A stretch of 64,000 nucleotides of DNA from Spirochaetia bacterium. Its GTDB lineage: Bacteria > Spirochaetota > Spirochaetia > CADAEX01. Under the pieces are notes generated by a model. It was given only the letters and a program-made list of their open reading frames with translations, was not told the origin of the DNA and ran no database searches. A program made the translations under genes and the position numbers. The stretch is from the NCBI GenBank assembly GCA_963662265.2, contig CAXXHA010000019.1:14820-78819 (forward strand). Direction: 5' to 3'. Shown here in pieces: positions 19,289 through 28,997 of the stretch (positions within the stretch are counted from its first letter, which is position 1; each line of letters starts with the position of its first letter).

Positions 19289-19963
19289 TTAATTATAGAT
19301 TTTATCTACGTTATTGAAATCAAGAGATGTGAAATAACTGCTTATTGCTGAATCATAATCAGCTGTATGTGTAAATGTCTTGCCTGAAAGTCTGAATCTT
19401 GTTTCGAGAGAAAGAAACCCGCCTGATTCTTTGAGTTCATCAATAATAGAACTGTAGTCTGAAGGGTTACAAACTGAAGCAACTCTAAGAAAATTTTTGG
19501 CTGAAGCTCTTAGCATGCATGGACCGCCGATATCAATGTTGGTACGTGCATTTTCAGCCGTTATATCTTTTTTTGAAACTGTTTCCTTGAATGGATAAAG
19601 GTTTACTATAACCATGTCAAAGGATACGGCTGATACTCTTTTTATATCATCCTGATGATCATTATTGTAGGTTTCACTAAGGAGTCCCATATATATTTTG
19701 AAATCCAGGGTTTTAACAAGTCCTCCCTGCATCTCCGGCTGGCCTGTGTAATCTGAAACTGAAATAAGGTTTTCCCCTTCTTTAATACAGTCTATTTCCA
19801 GCAGCTTCTTGTAAGTACCGCCTGTTGAAAAAAACCTTACTGAAGGATTTATGGAAACAATTTCCTTAACAAAGGAATCGAGACCGCTTTTATCTGATAC
19901 ACTCAGAAGAATGTTGTTTATTTTTACATTTTTATCGATTTTATCGACAATATTTAATGCCAT
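19289..19963 (-). CDS. purH: Stand-alone IMP cyclohydrolase (N-terminal MGS-like half of PurH)
   Basis: LLSVSDKSGL, STGGT, VKTL, VNLYPF and IDIGGPCMLRASAKN. Start placed at ATG 19963. Confidence 0.9.
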   Translation of the reverse strand: MALNIVDKIDKNVKINNILLSVSDKSGLDSFVKEIVSINPSVRFFSTGGTYKKLLEIDCIKEGENLISVSDYTGQPEMQGGLVKTLDFKIYMGLLSETYNNDHQDDIKRVSAVSFDMVIVNLYPFKETVSKKDITAENARTNIDIGGPCMLRASAKNFLRVASVCNPSDYSSIIDELKESGGFLSLETRFRLSGKTFTHTADYDSAISSYFTSLDFNNVDKIYN

Positions 19964-20035
19964 TTTTTGCCCCTTTTTCCGATGCAGGATACAATAAATC
20001 TGAAGTGATTTCAAGATTTATAACAACTTGTTTAC

Positions 20036-20064
20036 TTGCAAAAAGGTTACTCAGGTGATATCTT
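20036..20064 (+). promoter_or_regulatory. Sigma70 promoter with extended -10, ~290 bp upstream of the OMP gene
   Basis: TTGCAA (20036-20041), 17 bp spacer ending TGA, TATCTT (20059-20064). Confidence 0.55.
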
Positions 20065-20080
20065 ATTCGCAAGGTGGGTT

Positions 20081-20118
20081 ATACCCTGTGGGCATTATGT
20101 ACCCTGTTGGGTATGATG
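20081..20118. repeat. Tandem imperfect ~18-19 bp repeats, each a TACCC/GGG(T/C)A pseudo-palindrome (candidate operators)
   Basis: TACCCTGTGGGCATTATG (20082-20099) followed by TACCCTGTTGGGTATGATG (20100-20118). Confidence 0.6.
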
Positions 20119-20350
20119 TATACATATATTGGTAAAATGTACTTGGATTGATGAAGAATTTATTTAAATTTGATTGGATATAGGACATATTGTCATAAAC
20201 TGCACAAGGTGCTTTTTAATAATCTTAAAAGGATTATTAAGCCATAATGAATAAATTACAGGTTAATAACACTGATTTTTTGAAGAATGGTAAAAGGGTA
20301 CTGCGAAGCTTTTGATATATACAGAAAAAAATAAAGCAAAGGATATAATT

Positions 20351-20956
20351 TTGAAAAGAAATTATTTAATATTATTGATATTTTTACTGCTTGTACCAGT
20401 CATGGTAAGCTATTCACAGGAAGAAGAAGAAGAGTTCTATGAGGAAGTCTATGGTCTCGGAGACCAGACATTTACAATTACAGCAGGACTTTTTCATCCG
20501 CTATTTTACTCGACTCCAAGCTTTGAATTTGTTGATGACAATCTTTCAATGGGTGGATGCGGGTCACTTCAGTGGAATGCGTATATAAATACCAAATGGT
20601 CTCTCGGCGGAGAGTTCGGAGGTATGTTTGCATTTACCCCGAATGACAGAATACTTTACATGATGCCGCTGACATTCAAAGTAACAAGATACTTCAGAGC
20701 ATACCCTTTTGAATTCCCTGTGTTTCTGGGAGCAGGCTTCAGTTTCAACAGTGTAGCTGATGCATTTCATCTTGACCCGATACTAAAGCCGGGTGCAGGT
20801 GCTTACTGGAACATGAATGAGGAATGGGCATTCGGGTTTAATCTTGTTTACTGGTGGGTTCCCCAGATTTACACCGGAAGCGGGAAAGTTCCTGCAAGCA
20901 ATACAAGATTCGGCCACTTTCTTGAAACTTCACTGTCATCGATGTTCAGGTTCTAA
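20351..20956 (+). CDS. TP0733-like (OmpW/OprG-type) outer-membrane beta-barrel
   Basis: TTG start after AAGGA. Signal peptide, alternating beta-strands, GDQTF and YWWVPQ motifs, C-terminal aromatic residue (MFRF). Confidence 0.8.
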   Translation: MKRNYLILLIFLLLVPVMVSYSQEEEEEFYEEVYGLGDQTFTITAGLFHPLFYSTPSFEFVDDNLSMGGCGSLQWNAYINTKWSLGGEFGGMFAFTPNDRILYMMPLTFKVTRYFRAYPFEFPVFLGAGFSFNSVADAFHLDPILKPGAGAYWNMNEEWAFGFNLVYWWVPQIYTGSGKVPASNTRFGHFLETSLSSMFRF

Positions 20957-20967
20957 GGATTATTATT

Positions 20968-22101
20968 ATGAGAAAAAACAATATAATTTTGAAAGCCATG
21001 GTGTTTTTCACACTTGCAGCTCTATGCTTTTCTTTTGTTTCATGCAACCAGAGTGATATCGGTATATTCTACGGTATTGAAAAAGAGCAAAAAATAGTAG
21101 ACAGATCTCTTTCCAATTCGCTTACTATAGGGGCAATGGATAAGCTTGGTTCAACACTGTATATTGCAGCAGGTAAGGTTTATAAGAAAACTTCCGGGAC
21201 AAACAACGAATGGTCAAAGTGTTCTACCCCTTCAGGGTATGATTTATGTACAAGCCTTACTGTTTTTGAAGATACTACTATCTTTGCTGTATGGTTTAAT
21301 AAAGACACAGCTGAAACAGCTTTTTTAAAGTCAACAGACGGGAATTCATGGTCTTCAGTATCTGGAAGTTTTTCAGGAGAATTTTCACTTGTAAAATCAG
21401 CCCATGCTGCATCAAATGACGGAGTGATGGTTGTTTCTACTGTAACAGATTCCCAGAATAATAAAGGTAATTATTATACAACAGTAGATGGAAGTACATT
21501 TTCGCTTATATCAGGAGTTAATGCACTCGGAGGTCATTTTGATATTGATTATGATGGCTCAAACTACTGGTTTTTAACTAAAGAAAATATTTATGAAGAA
21601 ACTGATACAGATTTATCAACACTTCCTTCAGCATCTCTAACAAAAATCGATAAAGATGAGTATTTTAACTATCTTTATGCCTATGATGAAACTCATGTTT
21701 ATGTAAACAGGTCTTACGGTAAATTCAGTTTCTACAACAATTCAACATGGAATAAAGAAATCGAAGATATTACTCCGAATGTAAATGACATGATTGTTTT
21801 TGAAGTAAACTCAACTCCCACATTTTTTGTCGGTACTTATTATATGGGATACTTTGAACCTACTTCCCCGGGACTATCAATAAGCGATCTTGATGACCCT
21901 GAAAGCGATTCAATAACATGCGACTACCAGACATATAATGCAAGTGATCTTGATTCTGCAGCAGTTCAAGGTTTTTACCACGATGATCTTAATACTGTTG
22001 GAGATACTTCCGATGATGAACTGTATGCCCTTACATACGGACGGGGACTCTGGAAAAATGTTGATGACAATGACGGCGGAAGGAAATGGGAAAGGGAATA
22101 A
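20968..22101 (+). CDS. Surface lipoprotein, probable beta-propeller (TP0136-family-like)
   Basis: Lipobox FVSC followed by GIFYGIEKE. Ser/Thr/Asp-rich with an Asp-box-like KSTDGNSW and blade-like LYIAAG, FFVGT and LYALT-GLW. Confidence 0.7.
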   Translation: MRKNNIILKAMVFFTLAALCFSFVSCNQSDIGIFYGIEKEQKIVDRSLSNSLTIGAMDKLGSTLYIAAGKVYKKTSGTNNEWSKCSTPSGYDLCTSLTVFEDTTIFAVWFNKDTAETAFLKSTDGNSWSSVSGSFSGEFSLVKSAHAASNDGVMVVSTVTDSQNNKGNYYTTVDGSTFSLISGVNALGGHFDIDYDGSNYWFLTKENIYEETDTDLSTLPSASLTKIDKDEYFNYLYAYDETHVYVNRSYGKFSFYNNSTWNKEIEDITPNVNDMIVFEVNSTPTFFVGTYYMGYFEPTSPGLSISDLDDPESDSITCDYQTYNASDLDSAAVQGFYHDDLNTVGDTSDDELYALTYGRGLWKNVDDNDGGRKWERE

Positions 22102-22123
22102 GAAATTAAATTATTTATAATAT

Positions 22124-22153
22124 AAAAGCATCCTTTTAACGGATGCTTTTTTT
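22124..22153. terminator. Bidirectional intrinsic terminator
   Basis: AAAAGCATCC-TTTTAAC-GGATGCTTTTTTT between convergent genes. Confidence 0.88.
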
Positions 22154-22302
22154 ATAGCTGATAAGTTCTATTTCAAAATAATGAAATAAATCGGACAAAA
22201 GTTCAACAGGTAAAATATTGTGCTGAATGAAAAAACATCTGATATTTGTGCTGTGTTTATTTAATTGAATAATTAAAAGTGAATAACTCTATAAAAAGAG
22301 AA

Positions 22303-25300
22303 TTATTCCTTCAGCACTGTAACTCCGGATGATCTTCTTATTAGCTTCTGCTTGGGTGTGAAGCTGCTTTCTTTGATAAGTACTGTTCCGTTCCCGCTGA
22401 AATCCATCAATGTTTTTTCCATACCTGACAGTGTATTGATATCAGAAGAATAAATTTCTATAATTGAATTATTTGAAGATATAAAACCCCCGTTAACTGA
22501 ATTATTAAGTGTAATATCGCTGTTTTCAAATCTCAACTCGATATCATCAACTTCAAAACTGGAAAAAGTATTGTTTTCGCTATTGATAATTGACATTGTA
22601 TTGTTGAAATTTATTTTACCCTTATTTGATAAAAGAAGACTGCTGTCGGAAATGCTGTTGAGATTGATATTGGAATCTGTGACATTTATATCTGAAGCAA
22701 TTGAATCAATATAAACAGATTTCTTTGAATCCTGTGATTCAGAAAAAAAGGAATCAAGGATCTGTATACGATCCTTTTCCGACTTGAAAAAATAGGAATT
22801 AACCCCTGAGATAATTTTCACCCTTACATTGCTGTTTTTTAATGAGCTGTTAACTGATTTTGAAAACAATGAATTATCACTGTTGAGAAGAAAAGATGAA
22901 TCAGAAATATCAGCAGTGCTTCTGTTGCAGTTCAAAGAAGTTATTTCTGAAGCTGATATAATATCCAGATTACTATCCTTTATTTTAAGATGTCCGTAAT
23001 CTGAGACAAGAGGCCGTGAATAGAAAACTGTTTCCTGTGTAAGGTCAGTATTTTCGATTATTGTTGTGCTGTTTTTCGCATTAACAGATGTACTGCAATT
23101 AATTTTTATTTCAGAATTATCAAAAACAACCAGTGAGTTTTCCGCATTTATGAAAGTATTTTTATAAATTTTAGATATCATTGTTATATCTTTCAGAATC
23201 AATGATGAATCATTCAGGCTGAAAAGAGAAGCTGCTCCGGGAGACTTGTCTGTGATAAAAGTTTTTCCGGATGTTCCTTTAATAAGGAGTGTCTGCTGCG
23301 CCTGTACTTTATTATTGATTTCATAATTGCCGGGCATCAGGAAAAACGTATCAACTTCCCCGTTCCTGTAAATATCAAAAGCCCTGTCCAGTGTTTTTAC
23401 AGGATAATCAGAATCAGTCCCTTTATTTTTGTCGTTCCCTTTTGAATGAGAAACATAAACTGCTTTCCCTGAAATATAAAAAGAATCTTCAGAAGCATCG
23501 CTCAGATTTCCCGCCTTGTCTCTGGAATATGCTTTAATAATATAGCGACCTGGTGGAAGATACCTGTTGAGCATGAAAGGTTTAATGTATTTTTTGTATT
23601 CAGGATTAATGATACCTGTTTTTTCAGGGTATGCGGTATATAGGACAGTGTTTTCACCTGATATATGTATTTTATTATTATCTTTGATAGTTATTGCAGG
23701 TTTTTCAGGTTTTTTCTTATCAATAAATATTCTGAAGATTTTTTCTTCAGACCCTTTATTATCATTAATATCAAAATATGCTTTAACTGCTATGTAAAAA
23801 GCTTTTTCCTCTCCAGAATTCATATCAAAAGCAACCGGACTTTCCATAACAGAAGAATATGAATTTACTGCTGGAAGGGATTTTTCTGTATTTGATATTT
23901 CATACCGGTAAATAAAATTATTTGAAGGTTTATTAATAACAACATTGTCAGGAGTTATATAATTTTCAGTTAATGAGTCAAATGTAATTTCTGGATAGTT
24001 CCTGTTGTCAATTACAAAACTTATAATATCACTTTCAGCTGATCTGTTCCCTGCCCTGTCCTGGCTTGCAGTTTTCAGATATACTGTTTTTCTGTCTTTT
24101 TCAGGAAGAGGAATAACTATTGTGTTGTCTGAGGCACGTGTGCCGTTAAAAGGTGAATCTATACTGTTTTTATCTGAAGAATAGCTGTAATAAACAGTAT
24201 TGCCGCTTTCAGTGCCTTTTAATCTGATGACAGCGTTATCTGAATAATAAACAGATTTGAGATGATGTATCTGCGGAATTTCTGGTTTTATTTTATCTAT
24301 ATGGAAATAAAATATTTGAATATTACCCCTGTTGGAATTAACAGAAGAAACAGGAAGAATTTTCATTGTATAGTATTTTTCCTCACCATCTGCACAGTCA
24401 AGAACTAAATTGGAAGTCAGTTTTTTTGAATTAATATCAGGATCCCGGGGAGGAATAAGATTTTCTGAAAGTGTATAATATATTTCATAATCATGTTTGA
24501 AAAAATCTTTTAAAACATTGAAACTGCTGCTGGAAAGATTTTCTTTTTTTAAAAAGCCGGAATCAACGATATCAGGATATCTGTTGTCAAATACAAGTTT
24601 TTTCAATCCCGGCATGCTTTTATTTTCATATTTATCCAGAGAAAAATATTCAACAGAAATATTTTCCAGAATACCGGGGATTGTTTCAATTCGGAAAGCT
24701 TTTGTGTATTTGAGATAATTACCTGATTTAATATCTTCCCTGATAAAACGGTAAAAAACATCATATTTGCTTTTAAATTCAATTAAATTATCTTGAATAA
24801 TAATTTCAGGGATTTCAGGGGGATAGTGGTCTACTGAAAGATTATTAATAACAAGAGGTTCAGAAATAATTCCATATTCATCTGCAGTACACACCTTTAC
24901 TGAGTAGTTACTGTCTCTGCCGTAGGGATTTTTCAGGACTATAAAGTTTTCAGCTGTTGCAGAAGACTTTTCCGGGTTTTCAGCAGTCTTTATGTCACTT
25001 ATTGAATAAATAAATGATTTGTTTTTTTCCTGCCTGAGTATTATTTTTCTGCTGCCATCTGATAATGTTTTAATACCTTCGAGAACAGGTCTTTCAGGTG
25101 TTATTTTTTTTGTATTATTTATTTCATTATCATTTTTCAAAGAAGTGCTTCTTTCATCAAAAAGGTAAAAATATCTGTAGCAGTATCCTGAATAATCATC
25201 ATATGTCTTCAGATAAACAGTATTATAATTTACACGTAAGGGATCGGAGGATAGTTTTACAGGTCTGTCATATCTTGAAAACTGATCTTTATTGTTTATG

Positions 25301-26178
25301 GCTTTCAGTATTATTCTGGAAGACACAGCTTTCAGGTATTTATCATTACCCGATTCAAAAAGTTCGGCAGTTAAAGATTTAGAGTCCTCTATAACGTTGA
25401 AAGATATTTTGTCGTGAATGAGATTATTGCTGTTGAAAGGTTTTGCAGCAATAAAAATATCTACATCACCTGATCTGTTTATTACAAAAGGTGACGTGTA
25501 GAGAGTTCCGTTAACAGCAGTTTCCTTATCAGTGAAGCTGTACCGTATCCATTCCATATCAGTTTTATCAATAAAGAGCTTCTGTTTATTGTAGAACATG
25601 CCCTGTTCAGGACTGAATACTCTTAAACTGCTCTTCTGAGATCTGTAGTTTCTATAATACTGGTTTGACCAGGTTGATACAGTGCTTTTATTGCCTGAAG
25701 AATCAACACAATAGTAATAAACAGTGTTGAAATCTGAAAGACGCAAACTTTCCCCGTTCCACTCTATCCAGTTACCCCTGTCTATTCTGAAGAAAACAGA
25801 AGAACTTTCTTCCGGTTTATTGAAAAAAAGAAAATTATCATAAATTTTTATATCAGCGGAACCTGGTTTTTTTCTGTCTATTCTATAATTGAGAGTAATT
25901 GCTGAAGACTTATCTGTTTTATTTAAAAAAGTTATTTTATAATGTTTTTCCTCACCATCGGCAGCGGAAAGGATAACCGGGTATTCTTTCTGATTGTACA
26001 GGAGGGGTGTCTTTGAAATACTGTTTTCAAAGTAAAAATACAGATCGCTTCCTGTATTTTTTACATCAAGAATTATATTATTATTATATTCCCCCTCTGA
26101 AGGGGAAATATTGTTTTTATCAAAAGCGTACAGGTTAAAGGAAAAAAATATTATTGTTAAAACAAATATTTTTTTCAT
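22303..26178 (-). CDS. Large secreted protein: tandem Ig-like beta-sandwich repeats plus C-terminal beta-helix with a DUF1565-like cap
   Basis: Signal peptide. Recurring DxxGNxS, DGEEKxY and IDxxKP motifs. VYVSHSKGNDKNKGTDSDYPVKTLDRA precedes an Asn/Ser/Ile-rich beta-helix. Confidence 0.75.
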   Translation of the reverse strand: MKKIFVLTIIFFSFNLYAFDKNNISPSEGEYNNNIILDVKNTGSDLYFYFENSISKTPLLYNQKEYPVILSAADGEEKHYKITFLNKTDKSSAITLNYRIDRKKPGSADIKIYDNFLFFNKPEESSSVFFRIDRGNWIEWNGESLRLSDFNTVYYYCVDSSGNKSTVSTWSNQYYRNYRSQKSSLRVFSPEQGMFYNKQKLFIDKTDMEWIRYSFTDKETAVNGTLYTSPFVINRSGDVDIFIAAKPFNSNNLIHDKISFNVIEDSKSLTAELFESGNDKYLKAVSSRIILKAINNKDQFSRYDRPVKLSSDPLRVNYNTVYLKTYDDYSGYCYRYFYLFDERSTSLKNDNEINNTKKITPERPVLEGIKTLSDGSRKIILRQEKNKSFIYSISDIKTAENPEKSSATAENFIVLKNPYGRDSNYSVKVCTADEYGIISEPLVINNLSVDHYPPEIPEIIIQDNLIEFKSKYDVFYRFIREDIKSGNYLKYTKAFRIETIPGILENISVEYFSLDKYENKSMPGLKKLVFDNRYPDIVDSGFLKKENLSSSSFNVLKDFFKHDYEIYYTLSENLIPPRDPDINSKKLTSNLVLDCADGEEKYYTMKILPVSSVNSNRGNIQIFYFHIDKIKPEIPQIHHLKSVYYSDNAVIRLKGTESGNTVYYSYSSDKNSIDSPFNGTRASDNTIVIPLPEKDRKTVYLKTASQDRAGNRSAESDIISFVIDNRNYPEITFDSLTENYITPDNVVINKPSNNFIYRYEISNTEKSLPAVNSYSSVMESPVAFDMNSGEEKAFYIAVKAYFDINDNKGSEEKIFRIFIDKKKPEKPAITIKDNNKIHISGENTVLYTAYPEKTGIINPEYKKYIKPFMLNRYLPPGRYIIKAYSRDKAGNLSDASEDSFYISGKAVYVSHSKGNDKNKGTDSDYPVKTLDRAFDIYRNGEVDTFFLMPGNYEINNKVQAQQTLLIKGTSGKTFITDKSPGAASLFSLNDSSLILKDITMISKIYKNTFINAENSLVVFDNSEIKINCSTSVNAKNSTTIIENTDLTQETVFYSRPLVSDYGHLKIKDSNLDIISASEITSLNCNRSTADISDSSFLLNSDNSLFSKSVNSSLKNSNVRVKIISGVNSYFFKSEKDRIQILDSFFSESQDSKKSVYIDSIASDINVTDSNINLNSISDSSLLLSNKGKINFNNTMSIINSENNTFSSFEVDDIELRFENSDITLNNSVNGGFISSNNSIIEIYSSDINTLSGMEKTLMDFSGNGTVLIKESSFTPKQKLIRRSSGVTVLKE

Positions 26179-26182
26179 GAGT

Positions 26183-26788
26183 TTAAACTTCCAGTATTTT
26201 TAAAGCTTCCTTCAGTTCCGGGTCATCCTTGTAGTAATACTCAGCAAGTTCATCTGATGTCAGCCCCTGAAGCTCATGACTCATATAGTGTATCCAGATA
26301 TCTTCGTCTGGATTCTTGATAATATGTTTTTTACAGTAGTAATCAGGGTGTATATGAAGATCTTCATCATTGAAATCAAATATCTTGTAGTCATGAACAG
26401 CTATTTTTATATCTTCCCTTTTTATCCCTTCTGAAAGAATTATATTAACAAGATAATTAATTGTTTTTCCTGAATCAAATATATCATCGATAAAAAGTAT
26501 TTTATCGCCGTTGCGTAAATACTTCGGGTCATATGTCCATCCGTCTACAACTATATTACTGTTTTCTCTGATATCTGAGTATGATCTTGCAACTACAGCA
26601 GCATAAAAAACCGGACGTTTACCTTTCTGAACAATTTTAAAATATTCACTTATTATATTTCCAAGATATGCTCCGCCTCTTAAGGGAACATAAATAATAT
26701 CAGGAATAAAACCATCCTGATAAATGCGGTGTGCCAGTTTGATTGCATTATTACGTACAGTTGTGTACGGTAAAAATATTTTATTCAT
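26183..26788 (-). CDS. Type I phosphoribosyltransferase
   Basis: PLRGG and the PRPP loop ILFIDDIFDSGKT. Confidence 0.88.
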   Translation of the reverse strand: MNKIFLPYTTVRNNAIKLAHRIYQDGFIPDIIYVPLRGGAYLGNIISEYFKIVQKGKRPVFYAAVVARSYSDIRENSNIVVDGWTYDPKYLRNGDKILFIDDIFDSGKTINYLVNIILSEGIKREDIKIAVHDYKIFDFNDEDLHIHPDYYCKKHIIKNPDEDIWIHYMSHELQGLTSDELAEYYYKDDPELKEALKILEV

Positions 26789-26832
26789 AAATACCTGCTT
26801 AATTATATTTTAATCCAAATAACAGAAAAAAA

Positions 26833-28221
26833 TCATTCGTTATTTGTATATTCTATATCATTACGGATATATTTTATAATATTTTTTTTGTTATTCCTGT
26901 CTATTGAAGAATAAAAGTCATTTATATTGGAAATATTTTTTCCGTTTACGTTGGTTATAATATCTCCGGACTCGAGGAAATCAAGAACACGTTTTTTCTC
27001 AACATTTGCAACAATAACTCCAGTAGTATTATCTCCTGTGCTGAATATTTCACTGTTTTCCTCATCAATAGTTATTACTGATATACCGGGCCAGTAAGAT
27101 GATTTCCTTTCTGAAAGAACCTCATTTTTAGGCCTGAGGTCGGTTTTTATTTTTATTTTTTTTATGCTTCTGTTTCTTAAAACAGTAAATTCTGTTTCAA
27201 TGTCTGCACCAAGATTTCCAACTACCCGTGTAAAAAGATCAACATCATTGATTTTTATATTGTCTACAGACAGAACAATGTCGCCGGGAAGAACCCCTGA
27301 CCTGTCTGCCGGATCATCTACAACAGTCTGGAAAATAAATACACCTTCCAGAATATTGTCTGATAAAAGGTATTTCTTTTCTGAATAAATGATTTCTCCG
27401 CCGATCAGGCCTACCCAGCCGTACCTGACCTCTCCGTATTCAATAATGTCTGATACAGTTTTTTCTGCATTGTTTGAAGGAAGAGCAAAACCAAGACCAA
27501 TGCTGCCGCCTGTAGGTGTTGTTATCCAGCTGTTAATCCCAATCAGTTCACCCTTGAGATTGACAAGAGCGCCGCCTGAGTTGCCATGATTGATTGACGC
27601 ATCAGTCTGTATGAAATCGCTTATATTACCGCCATTGCTGTTTTTCCTTCCGACTGCACTTACAATTCCTGCTGTAACACTGGAAGAGTAACCGTAAGGG
27701 CTGCCTATTGCCATTACCCATTCGCCTACTTTAAGAGTGTCTGAATCTCCCCATTTTATAACCGGAATTCTCTTATCTGTATCAATACAGATAAGGGCAA
27801 GGTCTTTTCTTTCATCGATACCGGCCAATTCCGCATTAAGTACAGAACCGTCATAAATTATGACAGAAACATTTTCCGCTTCTCCGATAACATGCTTGTT
27901 CGTGAGTATGTAATACCTGGTCCCTTTTTTCGAGACGACTATTCCCGAACCAAGCCCTTCATCCTGAAATTCCTTTTCATCATTTTTCAGGGAATCTGGT
28001 GACGGATCGAAAGGATTATATGAAAAATCCCAGCCGTCAGGTATTTTCTGATACTTTGTATCAATTACAGTAACCTGTACAACAGATGGAAGGACTTTTT
28101 CAGCTGTATCGGGGAAAAGACAAAAACTGTTGCTGTTCCCGAAAAAAGATTTGTCTGAACCTGTTGTAAAGCATGATGAAAAAAAAGGAATAAGAATAAT
28201 CAGGGAGATAATTTTTTTCAT
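26833..28221 (-). CDS. htrA: HtrA/DegP-family serine protease with two PDZ domains (lipoprotein)
   Basis: Catalytic triad TNKHV, DLAL and GNSGGAL; IQTDASIN; lipobox FSSC. Confidence 0.93.
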   Translation of the reverse strand: MKKIISLIILIPFFSSCFTTGSDKSFFGNSNSFCLFPDTAEKVLPSVVQVTVIDTKYQKIPDGWDFSYNPFDPSPDSLKNDEKEFQDEGLGSGIVVSKKGTRYYILTNKHVIGEAENVSVIIYDGSVLNAELAGIDERKDLALICIDTDKRIPVIKWGDSDTLKVGEWVMAIGSPYGYSSSVTAGIVSAVGRKNSNGGNISDFIQTDASINHGNSGGALVNLKGELIGINSWITTPTGGSIGLGFALPSNNAEKTVSDIIEYGEVRYGWVGLIGGEIIYSEKKYLLSDNILEGVFIFQTVVDDPADRSGVLPGDIVLSVDNIKINDVDLFTRVVGNLGADIETEFTVLRNRSIKKIKIKTDLRPKNEVLSERKSSYWPGISVITIDEENSEIFSTGDNTTGVIVANVEKKRVLDFLESGDIITNVNGKNISNINDFYSSIDRNNKKNIIKYIRNDIEYTNNE

Positions 28222-28250
28222 ATGTTACTCCGGAATTTAATCAAAAAAAA

Positions 28251-28997
28251 TTAAAGTGAAGTCAGGATTTCGGCATGATCCTCATATACAGCAACAGTAT
28301 GTTCAAAATGCGCTGAATTGAGTTTGTCAGCTGTCTTGACAGTCCATCCGTCTTCAAGAATATAAACTTCATCTACTCCAAGGTTGATCATAGGTTCAAT
28401 TGCTATAACCATTCCTTTTTTAAGACGTGGATTTGGTCCTGAGCTTATATAGTTGGGAATCTGCGGTTCTTCATGCACATTGAAACCAACTCCGTGTCCG
28501 CAGAAATCACGGACAACACCATAGTTATTTTTTTTTGCATGAGTAAAAACAGCTTTTGAAATATTACTTATCCTGTTTTTAGCTTTAGCCTGTTCAATCC
28601 CGAGATAAAGGCATTCCTCTGTAACTTTCATCAGCTTTCTGTCAGTTTCCGAGATGTTGCCAACAGGAAGTGTAATTGCAGAATCTGTTATATATCCGTT
28701 AAGGTCTATACCAAGGTCAAGACTTATTATATCACCATCATTGATAATCCGTTTTCCGGGTATGCCGTGAATAACTTCATCATTAACAGAAATACAAATA
28801 CTTGCGGGATATCCCATATATCCCTTAAAAGCAGCTTTTGCTTTTTTACTTTTTATATAGTCTTCTGCCATTTTATCAATATCCAGAGTAGTAATTCCAG
28901 GCTGTAAACTTTTTTTTATTTCATTGAAAGTTTCTGCCAGGATCTTTCCGGATTCTCTTAATCTTTTTATATCATTTTCATTCTTCAGTCTTATCAT
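28251..28997 (-). CDS. map: Methionine aminopeptidase type I
   Basis: CISVNDEVIHGIP, GHGVG, HEEP, AIEPM and SAHFEHT. Confidence 0.96.
   Translation of the reverse strand: MIRLKNENDIKRLRESGKILAETFNEIKKSLQPGITTLDIDKMAEDYIKSKKAKAAFKGYMGYPASICISVNDEVIHGIPGKRIINDGDIISLDLGIDLNGYITDSAITLPVGNISETDRKLMKVTEECLYLGIEQAKAKNRISNISKAVFTHAKKNNYGVVRDFCGHGVGFNVHEEPQIPNYISSGPNPRLKKGMVIAIEPMINLGVDEVYILEDGWTVKTADKLNSAHFEHTVAVYEDHAEILTSL

Noticed and set aside
19964-20080. ZMP/ZTP (pfl) riboswitch upstream of purH
   Set aside because: Expected from gene context, but I could not see the conserved pfl elements. An Rfam scan would settle it.
20074-20151. CRISPR-like repeats or a 25-aa hydrophobic peptide (GTG start) in the purH-OMP spacer
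   Set aside because: Only two clear repeat units with no spacers and no cas genes; the small ORF lacks an SD.
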